This document shows positions 42,642 through 53,798 of a stretch of DNA of 64,000 bases, in pieces. Below the pieces are notes generated by a model. The model had not been told where the DNA came from, did no database searches, and saw only the letters and a list, made by a program, of their open reading frames with translations. The stretch is taken from positions 1-64,000 of the forward strand of contig CAWABA010000009.1 of the NCBI GenBank assembly GCA_963780185.1, written 5' to 3'. The stretch is from Candidatus Bathyarchaeota archaeon (GTDB lineage: Archaea; Thermoproteota; Bathyarchaeia; Bathyarchaeales; Bathycorpusculaceae). The translations under genes and the position numbers were made by a program. Numbering within the stretch: the first letter of the stretch is position 1; the number at the start of each line of letters is the position of its first letter.

Positions 42642-43199
42642 ATGACTGAAATTGTCGCTACTTCATCAGGCAAAGAGCCAATAAAAGCTTCAGAACTTAA
42701 CCCAAAATTCAAGTATGAACTGCTCAAGATGCACGGCAGCGAAAAAATTCTCAAATGCTTCCAATGCGGCACATGCACCTCCGACTGCCCCGTCGCAAGA
42801 TACAGCGACAGTTACCAACCAAGAACCCTAATCCACATGGCTCAACTCGGCCTAAAAGACCGCGTTCTAAAAAGTGACACCTTATGGTTATGCGCGGCTT
42901 GCTTCACATGCACAGACCGATGCCCCCAAGACGTCGAAGTCGCAAGCGTAATCCGCGTATTCCGCAATTTAGCCGTAGAAAACGGGTGCGTACCGCAAGT
43001 TTTCAAAGACCAAACCGCAAGTCTGCTTGAATCAGGCTACGCCTACAAAATTCCCGAATTAAGAATCAAAAAACGCGAAACCCAAGGGCTTCCACCCTTA
43101 CCGAAAGGCGACTCAGAAAAAGTTAAGAAAGTGCTCAAAGGCGTGAAGTTTATTGATGCTACCCAGAAAGCGGCTGGAGGACAACCTGTTGGGAAGTAA
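42642..43199 (+). CDS. hdrC: Heterodisulfide reductase subunit C
   Basis: CFQCGTCTSDCP and LWLCAACFTCTDRCPQ. Confidence 0.92.
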   Translation: MTEIVATSSGKEPIKASELNPKFKYELLKMHGSEKILKCFQCGTCTSDCPVARYSDSYQPRTLIHMAQLGLKDRVLKSDTLWLCAACFTCTDRCPQDVEVASVIRVFRNLAVENGCVPQVFKDQTASLLESGYAYKIPELRIKKRETQGLPPLPKGDSEKVKKVLKGVKFIDATQKAAGGQPVGK

Positions 43200-44081
43200 G
43201 TACCTTATTTTCCTCGGCTGCGCCATCCATACCGAGTTTCAGCTTATGAGATTTCGGCGCGGAAAGTTTTAGCTAAGCTGGGTGTTGAACTGGTTGAGAT
43301 GAGTGAATTCAACTGCTGCGGCTTACCTTTTGACCCAGTAAGCCATGAAACTATGCTTGTCTTAGCAGCCAAAAACTTGGCGTTGGCAGAACAGCAAGGT
43401 CTAAACATTCTTACGCTTTGCCCCGGCTGCGCTGGTTCACTCAAGAAAACTAACAAAATCCTCAAAGAAGACAAAGCTTTGAAGGAAAAGATTAACGGTC
43501 ACCTCAAAGAAGTGGGGTTGGAGTTTAAGGGAACCATTGAGGTAAAGCATCTTTTGCAGGCTCTGAAGGAAGATGTGGGCGTTGAAAAAATCAAAGCTTC
43601 AGTCACGAAGCCGCTTAATATGCTTAAAGTTGCCGAACACAACGGATGCCACATTTTAAGGCCTAAAGAATTCATAGGATTCGATGACCCAGAGGACCCG
43701 CAAACACTAAAAACACTTATCGAAGCAACGGGAGCCACATGCCTCGATTACATCGACGAAACCGAGTGCTGCGGCGCGCCCAGCGTCGGAGTCAGCGACA
43801 AAATCGCGTTGCAACTCGCCAGGGACAAGTTGAACCACGTTAAAATGGTTGATGCCCAAGCTTTAATCACAATTTGCCCGTTTTGCCATATAATGTACGA
43901 TACAAACGAGCTGCGAATAGAGAAAACATTTAATGAAACCTATGGAATTCCCATACTCCACTACCCACAACTACTCGGGTTAGCGATGGGCTTAACTCCC
44001 GAAGAATTAGCCTTTGGCGAGCTCCGAGTAAACGCATCAAAAATAATAAAGCAAGTAACTGAGGAAGTAAACAAACAATGA
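43189..44081 (+). CDS. hdrB: Heterodisulfide reductase subunit B (frameshift near 5' end)
   Basis: YLIFLGC, two CCG domains (NCCG..CPGC and HNGCH..ECCG..CPFCH), PILHYPQLLGLAMG. Confidence 0.92.
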
Positions 44082-45067
44082 GCAAAAACAAGTTAAAAAT
44101 AGCCTTTTACTGGGCTGCAAGTTGCGGCGGCTGCGAAATCGCAGTCTTAGACATCAACGAGAAAATCCTCGACGTAGTGCAGATAGCAGATATTGTTTTC
44201 TGGCCAGTAGCGTTGGACATCAAATACAAAGATGTTGAAGCCATGGCTGACAAATACATTGACATAACCTTCTTCAACGGATCCATACGGAACTCAGAAC
44301 AAGAACACATGGCTAAGGTTCTGCGGCAAAAATCTAAAATCCTCGTTGCGTTCGGCTCATGCGCTCATCAAGGCAGCATACCTGGATTGGCAAACTTGAA
44401 CAACAAGAAAGAAATTTTCGAGCAAGTTTACGTAACAGACAAATCGAACGTCAACCCGCAACGTACAATGCCCCAAACTCAAACCAACGTTAAGGAAGGC
44501 ACCCTTAAAATCCCAGAGTTCTACGACACAGTAAAAACTTTGGCGCAAACCGTCGACGTCGACTACTTCCTGCCAGGTTGCCCACCACCAGTCAAACTAA
44601 TCGCCGCAGCAGTTGACGCAATAGCAAGCGGCAAACTACCGCCCAAAGGCTCAGTACTCGCCCCCCTCAAAGCAGTATGCGATGAATGCCCAAGAAAACG
44701 CGAAAACAAGAAAATCGGCAAAATCTACCGCGTCTACGAGAAAACTCCCGAACCCGAAAAATGCCTGCTTGAACAAGGTATCCTCTGCATGGGACTTGCG
44801 ACCAGAAGTGGCTGCGGTGCTCAATGCTTGAACGTTGACATGCCTTGCACAGGCTGCGGTGGACCAACCCCGAACGTGCCCGACCAAGGTGCAGCGATGA
44901 TTTCTGCTTTAGCTTCGATTCTAGGGTACGAAGGCGAACCAGGTAAAAGCACTTATACCGAGAAAGAGATTGAAGAATTGCTCAGCCAAGTGCAAGATAA
45001 GGTGGGCACATTTTACATGTACAGTTTACCTGCCTCAATCTTGAAAAGAAAGGTGATTAAGAAATGA
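44078..45067 (+). CDS. mvhG: F420-non-reducing [NiFe] hydrogenase small subunit
   Basis: ASCGGCE, FGSCA, LPGCPP, CDECP and CLLEQGILCMG..RSGCGAQC..PCTGCGG. Confidence 0.9.
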   Translation: MSKNKLKIAFYWAASCGGCEIAVLDINEKILDVVQIADIVFWPVALDIKYKDVEAMADKYIDITFFNGSIRNSEQEHMAKVLRQKSKILVAFGSCAHQGSIPGLANLNNKKEIFEQVYVTDKSNVNPQRTMPQTQTNVKEGTLKIPEFYDTVKTLAQTVDVDYFLPGCPPPVKLIAAAVDAIASGKLPPKGSVLAPLKAVCDECPRKRENKKIGKIYRVYEKTPEPEKCLLEQGILCMGLATRSGCGAQCLNVDMPCTGCGGPTPNVPDQGAAMISALASILGYEGEPGKSTYTEKEIEELLSQVQDKVGTFYMYSLPASILKRKVIKK

Positions 45068-46518
45068 AAGAATTAATTATAGACCCAATAACCCGTCTTG
45101 AAGGACATGGAAACGTATCCATATTCCTAAACGACAAAGGCGAAGTCGAAAACGCATACCTCAAAGTTCCAGAGCTGAGAGGTTTCGAGAAATTCTGCAT
45201 CGGAAGAAAAGCTGAACTTATGCCGCAGTTAACCACGAGGATTTGCGGTGTCTGCCCGGTTGCGCACCACTTCGCAGCGACCAAAGCCTTAGACGCAGCA
45301 TTTCACGTTGAACCAACCTCGGCAGCGAAGAAACTTCGAGAACTGATGTACAGCGCCTACTTCATCTACGACCACACCCTGCACTTCTACTACCTCGGCG
45401 GACCAGACTTCATAGTTGGACCCGACGCACCGCCAGAAAAACGCAACATCCTTGGCGTCATCGAAAAAGTCGGAATGCCCATCGCCAAAGAAGTTATAAA
45501 ACATCGGGCATACGGTCAAAAAATAACTGAAATCATCGGCGGAAAAGCAACTCATCCAGTCTGCGGCTTACCAGGCGGAATCAGCAAGCCTCTGAGCGAA
45601 GAAAACAGGCAGCAAATCGAAACCATGGCGGCTTCATGCGTTGACTTTGCACAGTTCACCCTTAAAATCTTCCATGACATCGTGCTCGGCAACACAAAAT
45701 ACGTTGAATTAATCAAAAGCCAAGCCTACACCACGCCAACCTACTACATGGGCACCGTTGACAAAAACAACAAAGTCAACTTTTACGACGGCAAAATCCG
45801 CGTAGTCGACCCATCAGGAAAAGAATTCCTCAAGTTCGAATCACAAGACTACCTCAAGCATATCGGCGAGCACGTTGAAGAATGGACATACAGCAAATTC
45901 CCGTATCTTAAAGCAGTCGGCTGGAAAGGCCTAGTCGGAGGCAAAGACAGCGGCATCTACCGCGTGGGCCCGCTGGGACGATTAAACGCTTCAGACGGCA
46001 TGGCAACACCGCTGGCACAGAAAGAATATGACGTCATGTACAAGACCTTGGGCGGCAAACCAGTCCACAGCACCTTGGCTTTCCACTGGGCACGCTTAAT
46101 CGAGCTGCTTTACGCAACTGAACGAACGATGGAGCTTGTGAAAGATCCTGAAATCACCAGCACAAACGTCCGCAACAAGCCAGGAGCGCCAGGCGAAGGC
46201 GTAGGCGTCGTTGAGGCAGCAAGAGGCACACTGATTCACCATTACGCATTAGACAAAGACGCACTCGTAAAAGACGTAAACCTCATCGTCGCAACAACCA
46301 ACAACTACCCAGCAATCTGCATGAGCATACGTGACGCAGCCAAAGGCTTAATCCATGAAGGCAAAGTTGACCAAGGCATCTTGAACATGGTTGAAATGGC
46401 TTTCAGAGCCTACGACCCATGCTTCGGCTGCGCAACACATGCAGCCTTCGGACAAATGCCGCTCACCGTAGAAGTCTACAACGCAGACAAACAGATAGTA
46501 GATTCAATCAGCCGCTAA
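45064..46518 (+). CDS. mvhA: F420-non-reducing [NiFe] hydrogenase large subunit (group 3c)
   Basis: IDPITRLEGHG, RGFE, RICGVC and RAYDPCFGCATH with a C-terminal extension. Confidence 0.93.
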   Translation: MKELIIDPITRLEGHGNVSIFLNDKGEVENAYLKVPELRGFEKFCIGRKAELMPQLTTRICGVCPVAHHFAATKALDAAFHVEPTSAAKKLRELMYSAYFIYDHTLHFYYLGGPDFIVGPDAPPEKRNILGVIEKVGMPIAKEVIKHRAYGQKITEIIGGKATHPVCGLPGGISKPLSEENRQQIETMAASCVDFAQFTLKIFHDIVLGNTKYVELIKSQAYTTPTYYMGTVDKNNKVNFYDGKIRVVDPSGKEFLKFESQDYLKHIGEHVEEWTYSKFPYLKAVGWKGLVGGKDSGIYRVGPLGRLNASDGMATPLAQKEYDVMYKTLGGKPVHSTLAFHWARLIELLYATERTMELVKDPEITSTNVRNKPGAPGEGVGVVEAARGTLIHHYALDKDALVKDVNLIVATTNNYPAICMSIRDAAKGLIHEGKVDQGILNMVEMAFRAYDPCFGCATHAAFGQMPLTVEVYNADKQIVDSISR

Positions 46519-46628
46519 ATCAGCCCTTTTTTGGGCAAACATTTTTCATCTTTTTCTTCAGCGCCGAGCCCCAGTGAACAAATCTTATAAGTGGTTGCTT
46601 CTGAATAGTGTTTTGTTTGTTGATACGT

Positions 46629-47097
46629 ATGAAAAATCTTGTTGTATTTTACTCTCGAACTGGCAACGCAAAATGGGCAGCGGAAACCGTAGCGGTCCAT
46701 ATCGGCGCAGATATTGAAGAAGTTGTTGACTTTAAAAAGCGAAGCGGCGTCGCAGGCTGGATTGGAGGCGGCGAGTGCTAGAAGCGGCAAAGAAACAGAA
46801 ATCTCCCCAACTCAAAAATCCCCCGTTGACTACGACCTTATCGTCCTCGGAAGCCCCATCTGGGCTGGAAAACCAACCCCCGCCATCACAACCTACGTCA
46901 AAAAGAACAGTTTAGCTGGAAAAAAAGTCGCGTTTTTCTTCGTGCAGAATGGCAAAAACCTGTCTCAGGGCGTGGAGCAGAAAAGCTTGCTTTCGAACTG
47001 CGAAATCAAAGGTCAACTTTCGCTGGTTAACGCGTCAAAGAATAAAGAGGGCGCGGAAAAACAGATTGCGGAGTGGTGCAAAACCCTCACGGCGTAA
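46629..47097 (+). CDS. Flavodoxin-like protein (frameshifts)
   Basis: VVFYSRTGN and YDLIVLGSPIWAG. Confidence 0.75.
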
Positions 47098-47193
47098 CCC
47101 GTTTGCGTTAGCGCGAAACGTCGCTGGCTTCCCGAACCTTTAAGGGTAAACACTTATGTGCGTTGCCCACGCTTATCCGCAGGTTGATTTAAC

Positions 47194-47553
47194 ATGCAGC
47201 CGCAGCCCCCGAACCCAGAACACAAACGTATGAAGCGGGAAAAGAAAACCATAGGCTACATGGTTGACATCTACTGCAAAGGTCACCATGGAACCCACGG
47301 CGAACTCTGCCCCGAATGCAGACAGTTTAAAGAGTATGCTTTTCTGCGGCTTGACAAATGCCCGTTTCAGGACAAAAAAAGCACCTGCGGCAAATGCACA
47401 ATCCACTGTTACCGACCAGACATGAAAGAAAAAGTCAAGCAGGTCATGCGTTACTCGGGACCAAGAATGCTTCTGCACCGCCCTGACTTAGCGTTGCATC
47501 ACGCGTGGGACAGCCACCGAAAACCGCCAAAACTGATAAAGAAAACAAATTAG
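47194..47553 (+). CDS. YgbA-like (nitrous oxide-stimulated promoter family) protein
   Basis: REKKTI..YCK.HH..LCPEC..YA..RLDKCPF..C..C.IHCY..VMRYSGPRML. Confidence 0.85.
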   Translation: MQPQPPNPEHKRMKREKKTIGYMVDIYCKGHHGTHGELCPECRQFKEYAFLRLDKCPFQDKKSTCGKCTIHCYRPDMKEKVKQVMRYSGPRMLLHRPDLALHHAWDSHRKPPKLIKKTN

Positions 47554-47584
47554 CCCTTGATCTCGTTTCAGCCTATTTTGGAAA

Positions 47585-47773
47585 TCAGAAGCTTGGCTGT
47601 TTCTTTTTTCGATTTTGCAAGCTCCTTAAGAGCTTCTTTGTTGTATAGGGATATTCTTTTATGCCTCTTTTTTTAAGCTCAACAAGAAACTCCTGAATAG
47701 GAATTTCCGCTATTTCAGCCGCTTTTCCAACGCTTATTGAGCCCTTGCGGAAGGCCTCTTTCGCTGGCGCCAA
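47585..47773 (-). pseudogene. UPF0175-family fragment
   Basis: ISVGKAAEIAEIPIQEFLVELKKRGI; no intact 5' end and no partner gene. Confidence 0.5.
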
Positions 47774-48003
47774 TTCTAACGTCTCTATCAGACATGAACT
47801 CTGGAACCTTGACTTGAACCACCTTTGTCAATGAAAAATCACTCTTTTACCCATTTTCATTAACTAAAAGGGGTCTCTGGCGCTTTTAGTTTTTTTGGTC
47901 AAAACGATAAGCTGCACTTAAAGAGATGGCTTAGACCTTTATGGAAAATCGAAATGGGGCAAGCTTTTTCTAGCTGGATCATTCTCTTTTCAATGATGTC
48001 TTG

Positions 48004-48488
48004 ATGGTTTACGAAATCGAACAGGACCTAAAAAGCTGGTTGGCTGACGCAAAGAAGGTTGTTCTAGCGGGAATAGGCAATCCCATCCGTGCGGACGATT
48101 CTGTTGGGTTAAAAATCGTTGAAAACCTCAAAGGCAAGCTGCCAACAAGCGTTCTTCTTGTTGAGGCTGAAACCGTCCCCGAAAGTTACCTTTCCGACAT
48201 AGAAGCGTTCCACCCAACGCATGTGCTGCTGATTGACGCAGCCTTCTTAGGGTTAAAGCCCGGCTCCGCCAGCCTTGTAGATGCGGAAAAAATTGCAGAA
48301 ACCTCACTGTCACAACTCATCTGTTGCCTCTGCGGGTTTTCTGCGACTACATCAAGCAGGCGTCAGGCGCGAAACTTGCTCTTCTGCTGATTGAGCCGAA
48401 AAGCATGGAGTTCGGCGAAGGCTTAACCGCTCAGGTTCAAGCGGCGGCGGAAAGATTAACAAGGGTTTTGCTAAAGTTGCTTTGTTAG
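48004..48488 (+). CDS. hycI: Hydrogenase maturation protease, HycI-like (frameshift)
   Basis: GIGNPIRADDSVG, ETVPE, VLLIDAA; near mvhA. Confidence 0.85.
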
Positions 48489-48954
48489 GTTTCTTTTCTT
48501 TTGAAAACGTAGTCGATGCTGAACCTCAGTTGCCCAAGCGAAAAATTGGTTTCCTTTAGTTCAATCTGGTCTTTTGTTACCCATCTTGCGATAATGTGCT
48601 CTTCCAGTTCTTGGTCTTCGAAGGTGCCTCTCCATTTAAGCTCGAGGGTTTTGTCGTCTTTCCAGTTGCCAACATGGTCATGTGCTTCGCCTTCCGAGGT
48701 GATGCCGAAAAGATGCACTTTCCCCGTTAACTGGTCAAAACTCCACAAGTCATTCTCATAGTAGTCCTCGTAGCCTTCTATGTGAGTGTCTATTTCAGAG
48801 TCTACACCTATTGAAGAAACTTTAACAGCGGTCATTTCGCCGCATCCGCTGACAACTTTGCCGTCCGATGTTCGCAGCGCGACGCCGACGTTCCATTCGC
48901 CGATCAGCTGCTTGATTAACTCTAACTTTTCGGCGCCTGTACTATTTCCGTCAT
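48485..48954 (-). CDS. DUF1579-like beta-barrel protein (5' frameshift)
   Basis: QLIGEWNV start followed by beta-rich sequence. Confidence 0.55.
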
Positions 48955-49075
48955 AAAACCAACATGCAAAAACAGTCTGCGACACGAATAAAGACATGTG
49001 GTTGCATCCCTGCAACAACTTCTGGCAAGCTACGTTAATTAGCGAGTTTCCATTTAGCTATAGCTGGGTATCGTT

Positions 49076-49555
49076 ATGGCTGGAAAAGCAGTTATTGTTA
49101 TGGGTTCAGAGCGGGATCTGGATTTTTCCCGTGGAATAGCCAAGTACCTCAAAATGCTGGGAGTCAGCTACGAGTTTCGGGTTGCCTCAGCACACAAGAC
49201 ACCTGAGAAAGTGCTGGAGTTAATCAGGGAATTTGAAGCTGAAAAAGTAGTTTACATAACCGTCGCGGGACGCTCAAACGCTCTCAGCGGCTTCATCGAC
49301 GGCAACTCATCCAAACCCGTCATCGCATGCCCCCCGTACTCCGAAATTTTCAGCGGCGCAGACATCTTCTCTTCTCTTCGGGTTCCAAGCGGCATAGGCA
49401 CCGTCGTCACAATCGAAGCTGAAGGCGCAGCAATCGCAGCAGCCAAGATTCTTGCTCTTGAAGATGCGGTTGTCGCTGAAAACGTGAAGAATTATCAGAC
49501 TTCAAAGAAGAAAGAGCTTGAGAAAGCCAACGAATCAGTGAAGAAACTAAAGTAA
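49076..49555 (+). CDS. purE: N5-CAIR mutase / AIR carboxylase
   Basis: VMGSERD, VASAHKTP, VAGRSNALSG, PVIACP. Confidence 0.93.
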   Translation: MAGKAVIVMGSERDLDFSRGIAKYLKMLGVSYEFRVASAHKTPEKVLELIREFEAEKVVYITVAGRSNALSGFIDGNSSKPVIACPPYSEIFSGADIFSSLRVPSGIGTVVTIEAEGAAIAAAKILALEDAVVAENVKNYQTSKKKELEKANESVKKLK

Positions 49556-49687
49556 ACCCGCTCTTTTGCGGTCTCGTCTTCTGGATTGAATCCGTTTATG
49601 GTTTTTCGTTTTGTTAGTTAACGGTAAGGTTAAATGCATAAGCATTAAACGATTACTGTGATAGAATTAATTTAACGGGGATAATGG

Positions 49688-50740
49688 ATGGGAAGCGTAA
49701 AAGACCTCGAAGTAATCAAGGAACCGACCCCTGATGCAATGGGCGTTGGCAGATTCCATTTTTCAGACCGTTACAGCGTCTTTGACTGGGGCGAAATGCC
49801 CGACCACATAGGCGCCAAAGGAGCCGCCCTCTGCCTCATGGGCGCATACTGCTTTGAACAGCTAGAGCGGGAAGGCGTCAAATCCCACTATCGCGGCTTA
49901 GTCGGCACAAACGGCAAAGCCGTCAAAATCAAAGAAGTAAAGCAGCCGACAAGCGTCATGGAAGTCAGCTTAGTCAACGTTTACGAACCCAAAACCAGCG
50001 TTGTCAACGGCAAACTCATCCACGACTACAGCATGTACACGCCCGAGCTGAAGAACTGCCTGATTCCGCTGGAAATCATCTACCGAAACGGCCTGCCAGA
50101 AGGATCATCGGTTTTCAAGAGGCTTGAACAGGGAAAAATTAAACCTGCAGATTTAGGTTTGGACCACTACCCCACGCCAGGCGAGCAACTTTCCAAACCC
50201 ATTTTCGACGTTAGCACAAAACTCGAGGAAACAGACCGCTACGTGACATGGAGTGAAGCACAGAAAATGGCTGGGTTAACCGATGCGGAACTTGAAAAAA
50301 TCAAGGCGGTTCTCCTCAAGGCGGATGAAGCAATAAATGAAATGGCTTCGAAAGCTGGGTTGCGAAATGAAGATGGAAAAATCGAGTTAGCCTTCGACGA
50401 CCGCAGGGAACTTATGATTGTCGATGTTGTGGGGACACTTGACGAGTGCCGCTTTACTTACGAAGACGTGCATGTGAGCAAGGAGATTGCGCGGCAATTC
50501 TACAAGAAGACCAGTTGGTACGCGGATTTGGAGCAAGCCAAGAAGGAAGGGGAAGCAAAAGGGATTGTGGATTGGCAGTCTCTGTGCAAGTCCCAGCCGC
50601 CGAAGCTTCCGCTTAAACTTAAGACGATTATCAGCGAAATGTACCTGGCTGCCGCCAACGAGATGACAGGTCACAAACTGTTTAACGCGCCGCTGCTTTC
50701 GCAGGTGATAGCCGAATACAAAGAATCCGTGAAGGAGTAA
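49688..50740 (+). CDS. purC: SAICAR synthetase
   Basis: GSVKD, FSDRYSVFDW, IPLEIIYRN, DGKIE and VDVVGTLDECRF. Confidence 0.93.
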   Translation: MGSVKDLEVIKEPTPDAMGVGRFHFSDRYSVFDWGEMPDHIGAKGAALCLMGAYCFEQLEREGVKSHYRGLVGTNGKAVKIKEVKQPTSVMEVSLVNVYEPKTSVVNGKLIHDYSMYTPELKNCLIPLEIIYRNGLPEGSSVFKRLEQGKIKPADLGLDHYPTPGEQLSKPIFDVSTKLEETDRYVTWSEAQKMAGLTDAELEKIKAVLLKADEAINEMASKAGLRNEDGKIELAFDDRRELMIVDVVGTLDECRFTYEDVHVSKEIARQFYKKTSWYADLEQAKKEGEAKGIVDWQSLCKSQPPKLPLKLKTIISEMYLAAANEMTGHKLFNAPLLSQVIAEYKESVKE

Positions 50741-50742
50741 AA

Positions 50743-51840
50743 ATGATAACCGACAACATCAGGCAAATAATAAAAAAATACGATCCTAAACAGATACGTA
50801 TAGGTGTCTTAGGTTCGCACTCGGCGCTTGAGATTGCTTCAGGCGCAAAACAGGAAGGCTTAGAAACCGTTGTCGTTTGCCAGAAGGGCAGAGACAAAAC
50901 CTACACGAAATACTACCGAAACATCTTCGACCACGTACTCATGCTGGACAAATTCTCAGACATAACAAACGAAGCCTCAGTGAAAAAACTCACCGACCTA
51001 AACACGGTTTTCGTTCCTAACCGCTCCTTCTCAGTCTACGCAGGCTATGACGCAGTCGAAAACCAGTTTGCCGTGCCCCTGATGGGTAACCGCTCGATGC
51101 TGCGCACCGAAGAGCGCAACACACCCCGAAACCAACTGTTCCTGCTGCAGAAGGCTGGGATTGCGACGCCGAAAACCTTCAAGTCGCCTAGCGAAATCGA
51201 CCGTTTAGCCATCGTGAAGGTGCCTGAGAAACAGCGGGCAATCGAAAGAGCCTTTTTCTACGCTTCATCGCCCGAAGAGTACGAGAAAACGGCGCAGACC
51301 CGCATAAAACAGGGCATAATCACCGCTGAAGCCTTGAAAAACTCGATAATCGAGGAATACGTTATCGGCGCCAAATTCAACGCCAACCTGTTCTGGTCTT
51401 CCCTAACCGACGAAATCGACCTCTTGGGCTTTGACAGACGTATCCAAACGGACCTTGACGGCGTGCTGGATTTGCCAGCGCAGGAGCAGATGGAACTAAA
51501 CATTCCTACGCAAAACATTGAAATCGGGCACATGGGCGCCACCATGCGGGAAAGCCAAATAGAAAAAATCTTTGAAGCCGCAGAAAAATTCGTGGAAACT
51601 TGCAAAAAAGAGTATCCGCCGGGGATGCTGGGGTTGTTCGCGTTGCAAGGTGCTGTCACGAAGGATTTGGAGTTTTATGTTTTCGACGTTAGCCCACGCG
51701 TTCCAGGTTGCCCATGCGTCGAGCCCACCTCCCCCTACATGAAGTACAAGTACGGGATGGAAGTTGGTCCGGGCAGACGTGTCGCTATGGAAGTTAAGCG
51801 TGCAGTGAAGGAAGGCAGGCTAGCGGAAGTGGTAACGTGA
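50743..51840 (+). CDS. purP: PurP-family ATP-grasp ligase, paralogue 1
   Basis: GSHSALEI, VPNRSF, ERAFF, DRRIQT, GLFALQG. Confidence 0.85.
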   Translation: MITDNIRQIIKKYDPKQIRIGVLGSHSALEIASGAKQEGLETVVVCQKGRDKTYTKYYRNIFDHVLMLDKFSDITNEASVKKLTDLNTVFVPNRSFSVYAGYDAVENQFAVPLMGNRSMLRTEERNTPRNQLFLLQKAGIATPKTFKSPSEIDRLAIVKVPEKQRAIERAFFYASSPEEYEKTAQTRIKQGIITAEALKNSIIEEYVIGAKFNANLFWSSLTDEIDLLGFDRRIQTDLDGVLDLPAQEQMELNIPTQNIEIGHMGATMRESQIEKIFEAAEKFVETCKKEYPPGMLGLFALQGAVTKDLEFYVFDVSPRVPGCPCVEPTSPYMKYKYGMEVGPGRRVAMEVKRAVKEGRLAEVVT

Positions 51841-52922
51841 TTACGGGCGCGGACATCGGAAAAATCATCGAGAAATACGACCAGAAGAAACTGGCAATCG
51901 GCACCTTGGGTTCGCACAGTTCACTTAACATTTTCAAGGGCGCCAAAGAAGAGGGGTTCCGTACGGTTTGCGTCTGCAAAGAAAAAGATGCAATTATGTA
52001 CAAGAAGTTCCCGCTTGTCGACGACCTAATCATAGTCAAAGACTTCACCGAACTTCTAAGCGAGAAGCTGCAGCAGAAACTCCGCAGCCTAAACGTCATT
52101 TTGATTCCACACGGCTCCTTCACCGCTTACCTAAGCACAGAAGAATTAACCGACAGCCTCAACGTGCCCATGTTCGGAAACCGCCAGCTGCTCCAGTGGG
52201 AAGCCAACCGCAAATCCCAGGAAGATTGGCTGCGGCAGGCAGGGCTCCTTTTGCCAGCTACGTTCAAAACGCCTGAGGACATCGACCGCTTAATCATCGC
52301 TAAATTGCCAGGCGCCAAAGGCGGCAGAGGATACTTTTTGGCGAATTCGCCTAAAGCCTTCCACAAAAAATTCAACGAACTCGTCAAACGCGGCTTGCTC
52401 AAAGAGGAGGATTTGGCTGCGATTCACCTGCAGGAGTACGCTCTTGGCGTCAACGTCTACCCAAGCTACTTCAGCTCCATCCTAAACAACGACGTTGAAC
52501 TGCTCGCAATGGATAGACGCTACGAATCCGCCGTGGACTCCATCGGCAAAATCCCCGCAGCCGAGCAACTTGAAATCGACATTAACCCAACCTACACAAT
52601 CGTCGGCAACTTCCCTATCGTTCTTCGCGAATCGCTGCTGCCGGAAATGATGCGCATGGGCGACAACGTACACAAAAAAGCCAAAGAACTGGCGCCACCC
52701 GGAATCATCGGCCCATTCTGCCTCGAAACCGTCGTGACCGACGACCTAAGAATCTTCACGTTCGAAATCTCCGCACGCATCGTCGCAGGAACCAATGTCG
52801 GCATCGGCACCTCTCCCTACGCCTACCTCAAATACGGACAGAACATGTACATGGGCAGACGCATCGCACTGGAACTCAAACAAGCCCGGGAACAGAAAAG
52901 ACTGCAGGACGTTGTCGCTTAG
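51837..52922 (+). CDS. purP: PurP-family ATP-grasp ligase, paralogue 2 (FAICAR synthetase type)
   Basis: GSHSSL, IPHGSF, GAKGGRGYF, DRRYES, GPFCLE, FEISARIVAGTN. Confidence 0.88.
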   Translation: MITGADIGKIIEKYDQKKLAIGTLGSHSSLNIFKGAKEEGFRTVCVCKEKDAIMYKKFPLVDDLIIVKDFTELLSEKLQQKLRSLNVILIPHGSFTAYLSTEELTDSLNVPMFGNRQLLQWEANRKSQEDWLRQAGLLLPATFKTPEDIDRLIIAKLPGAKGGRGYFLANSPKAFHKKFNELVKRGLLKEEDLAAIHLQEYALGVNVYPSYFSSILNNDVELLAMDRRYESAVDSIGKIPAAEQLEIDINPTYTIVGNFPIVLRESLLPEMMRMGDNVHKKAKELAPPGIIGPFCLETVVTDDLRIFTFEISARIVAGTNVGIGTSPYAYLKYGQNMYMGRRIALELKQAREQKRLQDVVA

Positions 52923-52926
52923 CCAT

Positions 52927-53709
52927 TCAAGGCTTGAATATTGAGAATGGCAACTTTCGCATTAGGTCGTCAAAGTTTTCTCTATTTCTTTCTCGCTTGT
53001 ATCTTCTCAAGGCATGTACGGTGCTTGACTGTTCTGCCTGACCAAACGTTTCGCTGATTAAGTGGGAACTGCTGCTGTTGCCTGCAAAAAGGTACTGGCA
53101 AACCGACGTAACATTCGCAACATGACGCTCCACGCTGGCGGTTTCAAAATCAACAATAAACGGCTTCCGAGCCTTATCGACAAGCAGATGTTTCGGCGCT
53201 TTGCTGAGTTCCCCGTGGTCCAAGCCTGCCTGATCCAGCCTAAAACACTGCTCCAAAACCTCCCCCAAAACCTGCCTAACCGTCGCCGCATCCCTGCTTG
53301 TCTCTAGCCAATCAGGAAGACACTCCCCGTCGATGAGCTGCATAAAAAGAAAATTTTTGCTCGCTGCAACAAAGTTGGGACCCACATTCGCAGAGTTCGC
53401 TATCGACAGCATCCGTCCTTCATGAAGCAGGTCAGCTCGGTTGGCGTCCATACGTCGGATTTTGACCGCAACTCTCTCCCCGTTCAGATGAGCGACAACC
53501 ACGATGCCGACGAAACCCTTGCCTACGACTGGAACGTTGATTCCATGCAGGCTGGCTGTCCCAGAAAACTCAATAGCTGAGACGCCGTGGCTGCGCAGTT
53601 CCGCGAGGCGACTTTGCAGTTCTGCTTCGCTGGGGTTTGGGAAGCACAGAACCGAACGGTAAGGCTCTTGGCTTAGTTGGTCAACTGGGACGATTAAGGG
53701 GTTTTTCAC
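52927..53709 (-). CDS. RIO/Bud32-like Ser/Thr protein kinase
   Basis: VGKGFVGIV, VAVKIRR, HGELS, IVDFE. Confidence 0.85.
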   Translation of the reverse strand: MKNPLIVPVDQLSQEPYRSVLCFPNPSEAELQSRLAELRSHGVSAIEFSGTASLHGINVPVVGKGFVGIVVVAHLNGERVAVKIRRMDANRADLLHEGRMLSIANSANVGPNFVAASKNFLFMQLIDGECLPDWLETSRDAATVRQVLGEVLEQCFRLDQAGLDHGELSKAPKHLLVDKARKPFIVDFETASVERHVANVTSVCQYLFAGNSSSSHLISETFGQAEQSSTVHALRRYKRERNRENFDDLMRKLPFSIFKP

Positions 53710-53798
53710 CTGTCGGTTCCTTCTAGGTACGATTACGGAGTCGGCGAATTATAAGTTTAACATCGAAATGCAAAAGCTATTATCCCATTTAACAACAC

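Noticed and set aside
50743-52922. Tandem purP duplication as a novelty
   Set aside because: Two PurP-family paralogues are well known in archaeal purine biosynthesis clusters.
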